From: Octopus bimaculoides
Taxonomy: Eukaryota
Reading direction: 5' to 3'
Assembly (NCBI RefSeq): GCF_001194135.2
Contig: NC_068999.1
Span: forward strand, 15,916,616-15,980,615
Length of the DNA: 64,000 bases
Part shown: piece after piece, positions 54,560-64,000 of the stretch
Numbering within the stretch: the first letter of the stretch is position 1
How the letters are laid out: each line of letters opens with the position of its first letter
Notes under the pieces: generated by a model
What the model saw: only the letters and a program-made list of their open reading frames with translations
What the model was told of the DNA's origin: nothing
Databases searched by the model: none
Translations under genes and position numbers: made by a program

Positions 54560-55290
54560 TATTTGAACATACTTCCAGCATCGGATTAATTTTTGAACTC
54601 TTTCTCTCCCAGGAAATCATCAAGTTGCTTGAGAAACTGGTATGCGGTAGGAGAAAGGTGTGGAAAATAGGCTGGGTGAGGAAAAAACTTCGTCGCAAAT
54701 TCCCTCAACTTCTGGAGCGTTATTAGTGAAACTTGTGGTCGAGCATCGTCATAGAGAATGATTGGCACTCTACTGTTTACCAGTCTGGGACGGAGGGGTA
54801 GAAGTTTTACGTTCATTTTGGCAATTTAATGGCAACATTTCTTTGCAACTTACAATACGGTCGAGAAATGGATCGGTCTTATTACGGAGAAGCGATGAGC
54901 AAATTTCATATCTGCGTATTTTCTGGTTTTCATTCAAATCGTGTCGAACTTTTTTTGATTTTCCGATCACATGCAAATGGTTGCAGGCAGTTTTCTGGCT
55001 AACTTGAACTTCTTTTGCCAGTTGATAAGTGGGTTTATGTGGATCTTCTTCAATGACGGTTTTCAAATAACTGTCAAGGATGACAGATGGCCGTCCAATA
55101 CACAAAGGCTCATGAACTTTCTGATCTCCAATGCAAAATGGTTTAAGTCATTTTCGATCTCGCAACTCATCGGTAATTTCCTCACCAAACGTTTCATTAA
55201 TATCACGAGCAGTTTCAGCTGCTTTACGTCCTTTGTTGAAGTCGAATAGCAAAATTGCTCCAATATCACGCTTTGACAGTTTCCATTTCT
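54560..55290 (-). mobile_element. Decayed mariner transposase with internal deletion
   Basis: Pieces: ILLFDFNKGRKAAETARDINETFGE; GRPSVILDSYLKTVIEEDPHKPTYQLAKEVQVSQKTACNHLHVIGKSKK; NENQKIRRYEICSSLLRNKTDPFLDRIVSC; ILYDDARPQV...PHPAYFPHLSPTAYQFLKQLDDFL. These match mariner DRIVTCDE, LHDNARPH and YSPDLSPTDY motifs with the first and third catalytic Asp lost. ATG at 55284-55286. Confidence 0.93.
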
Positions 55291-56799
55291 GGTGATTGTA
55301 AGAACGGTGAAAGAAATAACAACGTTAATTTATTGATGCATTTGGGCAAGTCAATGTCCGTATTATAAGACAATTTAACGAAAATGTTTAAATAGTTTCA
55401 AATCCCTATAAAAAGCCGGTACAAATTCTTCATCGTTCAAAAGTTTGTTTACTTTCTGCTGTATATATATATATATATGCAAATTTAAATGTAATAATAT
55501 GTATTAAAATGAATTTAAAGGGACTACGTGATGAATGTAAACCTACTTTTAGTCCCTCCTGTATTACTGGCTTGAGCACAGCTTCTGTTCACCAAATTCT
55601 CATTGTAATTCCTTGGTTACCCTGATACTATGGTATAAAAGGTCTGCCCAAATAACGCGTTTTGAGATTGAATCCGGAACGAGGAAACTGCCAATTGAAA
55701 TTCACAGTTGCTCAGACATGCTTTTTGTATTTTGTTTAAAATAATACAACATATTGTGAAGCTCAGATATTTTCCCAAAGTTTTAATATTAATTTTATAC
55801 AAGAAGTTAGGAATTATGTTTTTCCAAATAATATATTGAACAGAGACATGTGATGAAATATACATTCCAAAGCCACTTAATCTTATATAACAATGTCCTT
55901 TACATTATATATATGATTGATTTTCAGGTCGAAACAAAATTTATCCCAATATACTCGTAATTGAAGTTGTCTAAATGTAATACTTTAATGTCGCATTATA
56001 CCGAAATGAGAGAAAAAGCAATTTTAGTTTTCCCAGAAGAAAAAAGCTTTACAAATATTTCAAACGAAATGCATAAAATTAAAAGTTTTAATATAACATG
56101 TACAGAGAACATTCCTTTCTGTTTTATTGAAGTACTCTTAAAAGAGTCTAAATAACTGTGTCAAATCAATACATGAGCAAACATGATAATTTAGATGCTA
56201 AAATACAGTGGAAAATGTTGATATTGTTCGGTTAAATTATCAAAGTAAATATATGATTTGTTTTAGTCGAAGCTTTACACGAGAAATAAATCTATTTCAA
56301 ACTGTGAAAACTAATATTTTATGTAGGCCTTGTCCGAATGAAATAATTAAATATTATCTATGACTTCTATTGTAATTCGATTCACATCAATGATATGTTA
56401 GAGAAATATATATGAAAGTTAGTACTTGATTAGTATTGATATTATGTGCACACAAACTTGGCATTGGTAAAATTTGAACGCAGAGCGGAAACAGTCATAA
56501 GTATATAAGTCTGGAGACCTAGTTTTATGTTTCTGATAGACACACGTATATCGTAAAACACAAATTCCATGGATTGCAGAGTTTACTTTCACAGTGCCGA
56601 GAGACAGACAGCAAAGTATGTTTTCCGAAGCTGTAATGACTCTGCCAGATCACCATATTGATATTAATAATAATAATGATAAAAATAATAATACTATTTT
56701 TTTTCCTTTTTGTCTTTGTCTTTCTTCCCCCTTTTCTCTATCACATGATTTTGTAAATTAACAATCTGGTGTATTTAATTTAATGGCCTACCAATGTAT

Positions 56800-56938
56800 A
56801 CAGTGCGTTTCTCTGCTCTAGGTGTCAGGAAGGCACTCGGCAAAAAAATGGAAACAGAACTGAATGATGATAATCAAAATGATAGCAATAATAACAACAG
56901 CAAGAACAGTAGTAGTAGTAGTAGTAGTAGCAGTAGTA

Positions 56939-57014
<76 letters not shown>

Positions 57015-57045
57015 CAGCAGCAGCAGCAGCGGTAGTAGTAGTAAT
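56800..57045 (+). repeat. LINE-like 3' end followed by compound (AAT/AGT/AGC)n tail
   Basis: CTAGGTGTCAGGAAGGCACTC resembles the tail at 29690. The trinucleotide run creates the poly-Ser/Ala/Thr/Val ORFs. Confidence 0.6.
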
Positions 57046-58159
57046 TATCACCTCAGACAGACGAATATACATTAGCCGTTTATTCTTCGTGCTTGTAATC
57101 TAAGTATTCAAAATGTGAGACATGAACGTAAAATAATAATTGGAGAATTGAGAAAGAAAAAGATATATGAGCAAAAACGTAAAAGCAATACCGGGATTCT
57201 CAACACTACACACTTTCCAAAATGTAGCCCTTCTAGGAACAACCTACATCCTACGCAAGGAACTATTACTATTACAACTTAAACAAAACAACTTACAGAT
57301 ACAAGACACAATCTATACAGCATTTTCCCAGTGAAATAAATTTCCACCAGCAAGCTAGAAAACCAAAGCTTTACATGCTCAACACATAATACAAGAAGTA
57401 ACACAACAAAAGACTGCACCACACCTCAAGAGAAAAGAAAATAATACTTTTCCTGTTTGAGAGAGCTCAACCCGATATGACTAGACTGTCAATCGCTGCA
57501 GTGCATGTTACGACGCTCGAATGGAACGTCAGCAAAATATCTCCAATTCAATCTTCACATGTTTTTACAGTTCGGGGATTATAGCAACCAACAAAGCTTA
57601 CTTTTTGATATGATAGAGTGTGATTTGACAAGGATCTGGGTGTTGTTTCAAGCATATGGTGCGTTTACGTTCATACACTCACAATGTATGTGACTCAGTT
57701 GATCTTAGAGTGTATCAAACAGAAACTAAGTCATTTAAAGCATTAAAACATCATAACGTATTTGTCCCTAAGTGTCCATCATTCTAGATTCCCTAATGTT
57801 TTATTAAAATTACGAAGGTGAAATATCATTGTAATTCATAATGCTAATTAACGCTTTTATCGAAATAATTTTATCGAGGGAAAATCAACTTATTACCTAC
57901 ACCATTTTTACTACGCAGTATTAAATCACATTTTAACATTTCATTTTATTTTGTTATTCAATTCTAGAAGGAATGGTCCTATGATAATGTTTATAGTTTT
58001 GAAATATAACGTAAGTGAATTGAAATCGCTTCTTTTAAGTATTAAACTGGTTTTGACAACACAGCACAATAGAAAGACATTTTTTGCTGATATGTACACC
58101 CTGTTTTAAAGTTTCACTTCTTGTATAATATGTCATACATCAATACGAATTTGTGTGTG

Positions 58160-58175
58160 TGTGTGAGAGAGATAG

Positions 58176-58241
<66 letters not shown>
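58160..58241. repeat. (AG)n microsatellite
   Basis: Direct reading. Confidence 0.97.
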
Positions 58242-58455
58242 NNNNNNNNNNTCAAACTTAGCATTATTTTATCTACATTGTCTAATCCTTATTTTCAAGA
58301 CTCAGTTGTAAAAAAAAAAAAAAGAAAAGGCAACTTTTATTAATGCAGGAGGGATGTTGTTCCTGTTAGAAATACGGAAATAAAATACTAAAGATAAACC
58401 GGTTCTTTTATTTCTTTCGCCATAAAATTACCGACGCACTGCGGCAGAAGTCCAA

Positions 58456-58572
58456 TAATGATGATGATGATGATGACGATGATGATGACGATGATGATGA
58501 TGATGACGATGATGATGACGATGATAGTAGTGATAATGATTGTAATAATAATGATAATAATAATAATAATAA
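58456..58572. repeat. (GAT/GAC)n-(AAT)n microsatellite
   Basis: Direct reading. Confidence 0.97.
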
Positions 58573-59477
58573 CCATACATATAAAGGGCAAAGATAAAGA
58601 GAACGTCAACGACGATGATGAGTTTTATGAGGAAGTTGATGATGAAGATAATGAAAAGACATTATCATATCATAATCAAATGATTTCACCTTTACAGAAT
58701 CGGGTTCTATTAAAGATTTCCTTGAATATTTTTGTTCCTTCGTCTCTTGTTAAATATTTTAAATGTTTCCTTTAATGAATGTGTATTATATATATATTTT
58801 TTTTAATCTTCTTTCTTTTAAATGCTTAAGAAAGATTTCGGATGAAACATGTACAAAAAATAGGGGACTAGTTTAATGAATAGTTTAGAATCTGTCAAAA
58901 CATATCCGGTAATCTTTCAATGAAGAAAAGGGACTGTTCAATTAATTGCAAAATTACTTGTATGTAGAAAATCACATACGATTTTACGGTTGTTGCAATA
59001 AATTTGAATTTTTTTTTAATTATTATTTTACTTTCGCTTTATTTCCTATTTCTACCTCAGTTTTAATGCTAGATGAATAATTATTCATTCGATAAAATTA
59101 CGCATTCTTTCATTTCTTAAATTTTAATTCATTGCTAAATTCAGGTATTGTGTAGGTTTATATTATCGAGAATACTACCCCACCTTTCATCTGAGCGGAG
59201 AAAAAAAAACAGATTGACTACTTTTCGAATAAAAACCGGGAAATGACGTTACATATAAAATGAGGAATAAGAACCTATAAGGGTAAACTTAAAGAAATTA
59301 GGATGAGTCATATATTCAAAGTATACGTTGTATTCAACACGTGTTATAGGCATACAATGATAATCACGGGGCTCCTATTCGTATTCATTTCCCGCAAATG
59401 TCACGTTTGTTATTTTGACAACTGAAGGGGAATCTTGCCTTGTCATTTATTTTCACTTCTATACAACCTGAAAGTTA

Positions 59478-59688
59478 TTGAGCTGGCAGAATCGTTTGCA
59501 CGCTAGACTAGATGCTTAGCGGTATTTCGCCCGTCGCTACTTCTGAGTTCATATTCCGCCGAGGTCGATTTTGTTTTTTATTCTTTCGGGGTCGATAAAT
59601 TGAGTACCAGTGAAACACTGGAGTCGATATGCTCGACTCACCCCACAAACTTGAGGCCTTGTGCCTCCAGTAGAAAGGACTGTTGTTA

Positions 59689-59732
<44 letters not shown>

Positions 59733-59790
59733 GGTAAGGTGGCGAGGAAGCAAAATCATTAGTACACCGAGCAAATACTACGTATGGCTT
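59478..59790 (+). mobile_element. SINE family 1 copy with (ATT)n tail, followed by a truncated second head
   Basis: GAGCTGGCAGAATCG...GCTTAGCGGTATTTCG...GGGGTCGATAAA...GGCCTTGTGCC, then (ATT)n, then AAGGTGGCGAG at ~59735. Confidence 0.85.
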
Positions 59791-59814
59791 GCACACTCTC
59801 ATTGAGGGGCAGAG

Positions 59815-59928
59815 GGAAAGAGAGAGAGAGAGAGAGAGAGAGAAGAAGAAGAAGAAGAAGAAGAAGAAGAAGAAGAAGAAGAAGAAGAAGAAGAAGAAGA
59901 AGAAGAAGAAGAAGAAGAAGAAGAAGAG
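59815..59928. repeat. (AG)n(GAA)n polypurine microsatellite
   Basis: Direct reading. Confidence 0.98.
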
Positions 59929-60617
59929 AGACATATAATACAGTCTTGTTTCCTTTCTTCATCGAGAGCTTAGTTTATTAGTACATCATCACTAAGGGAA
60001 AAGCATTTTTAAAAAAATTCATCGTCGCTTTTCTTGAACTGTATCGTTTTTCACTCAATATTATTATTATGTCTATATTTCATCTAGCCATACTCCTATA
60101 TTTCAGCTGCATTTTAGGTATTTATCTCCTTGTAAGATACTGGGATTTCCGTGATTCCCCTTCAAAACATTGGTTCACATGTGCGCAAAATATACTCGCC
60201 GACCTCTGTCTTCAATATTCCGTGTTCACCATTTTTTGTTACCAAAAGCTTTTCCTATAAACAGTTTTATTTATTTGATATAACTTTAACCCGTACCTAA
60301 TAACCTTTGTATGTATTTCAAAGACTAGTATCCGATTATGTCGATTTTTATGATGTTATTATTGATTATATTTTTGTTATGATGAAAACTCCAATATATT
60401 TTATGCAAGATTTATATATTATACTGTATCGAAAGAACATTGTTTTCCTTTCTTGTAATCCATTTCGTATTTCGGTTGTACTTACAACTAAGTAATTTTT
60501 TTGCATGACTCCCATTTAAAAAAAAAAATATCTACTGTTATACTTACCGTGTATAAACTCTACGTGCATAGTCAGCAAGTTTCTTAACAACCATTGCAAA
60601 TCGTCGATATATTTTCA

Positions 60618-60661
60618 TTGCTCTATCTTCTGAAATCTATTTGCTCTATCTTCTGAAATCT
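60618..60661. repeat. 23-bp-period tandem duplication
   Basis: TTGCTCTATCTTCTGAAATCT at 60618-60638 and 60641-60661. Confidence 0.95.
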
Positions 60662-62754
60662 GTTGGTGTATGTTGTTGATACTATAATGTCTCACTGTAA
60701 AACTTTGTCAGGTGCAACTCGTACAGAACTTCCTACTTCCAAGTTGAAAAATAGTAAGACTACATTTCATCGTGTTCGTTTCTTATCTTATTGCATCATA
60801 AGCTAGCGGTTCCCAAATGATACTCTGCAGTGCACTTGTGGGAGACGCGATATAACTTTGTGCGCTACGAAGATAATCTGATTATAGCTTCAAATGAACA
60901 AGACACAAATTCAAAATCTAACAATCACCTCTAGTAGCCATTAATGTTAATACAGATTTGCTGGGCATTCTTCCTTATCGTTTCGTCAGACTGGTGCTGA
61001 ATTTCCTGTTGAGGCTGTTACGAGAAGATCGGCAATAAAAGAAGTGAAACCCATTGCTTTATTTTTTCGTTTATTTATCGAAATTGAAATCACTAAATAC
61101 ACAGTGGCGCCCAGGGATCCCCATCTGAAACATCCATGCTTTCTATCTGACATTTTAAATATTTAACGATTTGCTGCCATAATACATTATAATTTTCTGT
61201 AGGATACGCACACACACGCATATGTATATACGTATGTATGTATGTATGTGTGTCTGCGTATGTAAATATATAAAGCCTATTTTATGCATTATATTATTTT
61301 TATATTACGCATAAAGTGCGGCAAATTATTAGTTATATTCTCTGTAGAGTGAATTGCGAATAAAAGCATGCATTGGCAAGGACAGATATAAGCTATAATC
61401 ATTTTATGACAATGTGCAATATATTTATCGGAGGAGTCTACCAAATTTTCTTCTATATGTCAAATTATCTATCACATTTAGTAAGCCTTTACACACTGCG
61501 TTGCATCACACTGTCTTATCTCTTTCTATAACATTAGATATTTTATTTATTCTTATGCATTCATATGATGTCTAACACTCACGGAGAAACACGCACACAT
61601 ACGCACACACGCACATATATGTGTGTATATATATGTATATATCGCCTAGATTGGCCAGGTTGCTTGGTACCGAGTGGGTTCCGCTAGCCATCCCATTTGC
61701 CCGATTCCTCTCGTGAGCTCACCATTCTACTCCGCGATGTACACACACATACGCACACACACACCCACACACGCACACACACACACTCACACAAACTCAT
61801 ACATGCACGCACGCACACACAAACATACACATACATATATACGTAAATGGTATGAATAAGCGCATTAAATGCGTTTGTAACTTTGTTATAAGGAATCTTA
61901 TTTACAAGAAATATTTCAAACACCCTTCCTGACTTCCTTTGATAAATTTCCTTAATTATGTAATTACTATATAATAATTACATAATGATTATATGATCGA
62001 TTTTATTTGCACTTAAATCATGTTCTTTTTTTTTTCGAAACACTATGCACTTAACATTCATTTATAACCACGTCTAAATTGAAAGTTTGTTTCCGTTTCT
62101 TACTCCAATAAATAGTGGGTATCAGATATGCTTGATATTTTTGCCTGTTGATGGACCACGTAGATGTTCTCTGGCTAGTACATTTATGTTCTTTCTTGCC
62201 TTTACTTCCTCCAGAAAAAAAAATCTTCGGTAGTTTTCATACTGCACAAACATATTACACAGCATCGTTCTTTACTTTCTGCATATTAATCTCAAGCTTA
62301 TTGTAATCTTATAATGCAACAACGAATTGCTGTGTTTCTTTCTTAAAACAAGGCTAAACTACACATGTTGGTGTCATCTTCACCTGATATTCACAAGAGG
62401 TATCATGTGAAATTGCTTTATAACTGTCATATATTACGTTCTTACATAATAAGATTTCAATAACTTCCTACATCCAACACCGCTACACCTTGGCTATTTA
62501 CAGTTATCAAATCACTAAAATGATAATAGCATGAAAAGCTTCACTCTGTTAATTATTCTTGCTAGAGCCATTTTCTCGTAAATATAAGGTAGTGTAAAAC
62601 AAAAATATATCAGACATAAATCAGTTTCCACACACTTTAAATATTTACTGAATTGTTTAATGGTTAGCAGAATGGAATATCAAAAACTATTGTTCAGGTC
62701 TAGGAATTTCCCAGCTTTAATTTATAATTCAATCACATTAACTATATTGCTTTC

Positions 62755-63290
62755 AAATTTTGGCACAAAGCCAATAGTTTCTAGTGAGTAGATAAGTTGA
62801 TCGCAATGACCTCATTGCTCGACTGGTAACTATTCTATCGACCCCGAGAGAATGAATTTCGACCCTGAGAGCATTTGAAATCAGAACGTAAAGTCGGAAG
62901 AAATGCTGCTGAACTTATTGTCCGACACGCAAGCGACTCTGCCAGATTGCGGAATAAAAGGCGGTTAGTTGGCAGAATCATTAGAACCCCAAGAAGACTG
63001 CTTAGCACCACTTCTTCTGGCTTTACGTCCTGAGGTCATATTTCACTAATGTCCAATTTAAGGTGTCAAGCTGGCGGCATCAGTAAGCACGCCGGACAAA
63101 ATGCTTAGCAGTATTTTGTCTGTCTTAAGGTCTTGAGTTCAAATTCCGCCAACGTTGACTTTCATCCATTCCAGGTCTTAAAATATATCAGTCGGATACT
63201 GGGGTCGATTTAATCGACTTGACCCCTTACCCGAAACAACTGGCCTTGTGCCAAAATTTGAAACCATTATCATTATTATTATCAATATTG
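62755..63290. mobile_element. Cluster of three SINE family 1 copies: minus ~62755-62950, plus ~62957-63050 (truncated), plus ~63060-63290
   Basis: Heads at 62957 (AAGGCGGTTAGTTGGCAGAATC) and 63060 (AAGGTGTCAAGCTGGC). A reverse head GCGACTCTGCCAG lies at ~62933-62945, with complementary tails TTTGGCACAAAGCC and GGCCTTGTGCCAAAA. Confidence 0.82.
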
Positions 63291-63309
63291 TAATATTGTG
63301 TGAGAGAGA

Positions 63310-63850
63310 ATTGTATGCCATCAAAGTGACACTGGGGTAAAATATACGAAGCCCAGTATACCCATCATGACTAACTGTCTGATAAGTATACCTTAGGCAC
63401 ATGTCTCACAACCACATGTGCGCGACATATCTAGATAAACAGCGCATGACCTTGAAAGTAGGGCCCAGTTAGAATTTTTTTTCTTCAGGTCCAGTAGCCC
63501 ACCCCACTTAAAAGGTCCCTGAATAAGGGTTGCTTAAGGATTTTGAACGAAACACTCATGTGTGGAAAGGTGAATTATCCAAGCCCTAAAGAACTCCTCT
63601 CAACACATGGCTAAGATTCTCTCCCACTACTTCTGCTCGTGATTACTTATGCACATATCGTCAGCTGTTAAGGGGCATGCCCAACTGGTTAAGGTCAAAC
63701 GGCTAACACACAAATCTGTGGTATTGAGCAGAATATATTTGCTGTACCCCACCTTTTATACCAAGACAAAATAATGTACATGATAACTCTTGCAATAAGT
63801 TAAGATCAGATGCCATGAGAGCTACTGTCTTGTACTGCATCAGGACATTG
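63310..63850. repeat. ~540-bp high-complexity segment resembling a common Octopus interspersed repeat (class uncertain)
   Basis: Sharp-edged GC-richer block between (ATT)n runs with no ORF. Recognised from memory of the pattern only; single copy in this window. Confidence 0.45.
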
Positions 63851-63877
63851 CATTATGTTATTGCTATTATTGATTTT

Positions 63878-64000
<123 letters not shown>

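Noticed and set aside
33309-59981. Poly-Ile, poly-Ser, poly-Asp, poly-Arg, poly-Met, YI/HT/CV-repeat ORFs
   Set aside because: They are translations of microsatellites with no unique coding context.
60802-60850. CTAGCGGTTCCCAAA hAT-like terminus
   Set aside because: No matching inverted end or 8-bp TSD found.

Overview
AT-rich, repeat-dense eukaryotic genomic DNA with 15 N-gaps, most flanked by (TA)n or (CA)n runs. It is not prokaryotic: there are no operons, CRISPR arrays, rRNA or intact tRNA genes. The recurring tRNA-derived SINE families, RTE-type LINE debris and heavy microsatellite load look like a coleoid cephalopod, most likely Octopus; this is inferred from pattern recognition, not from a search. 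No long genuine ORF exists, because nearly every long ORF in the track is an N-gap or microsatellite artefact. Supported content: about 15 copies or fragments of one SINE family plus two other SINE families, three degenerate RTE-like RT/C-terminal fragments and two LINE-like tails, two decayed mariner transposase remnants, one 128-bp Tc1/mariner-type MITE with its empty site present in a paralogous segment, a ~335-bp repeat present twice, and many mini- and microsatellites. Several short splice-site-bounded open frames could be exons of an unrecognised gene, but I could not assign homology, and random AT-rich DNA produces many such frames, so they are low confidence. The most notable observation is a 101-bp palindrome (17291-17391) whose two arms are each a degenerate type-I hammerhead-ribozyme fold. 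A second, Penelope-type minimal hammerhead motif lies at about 49695-49738.
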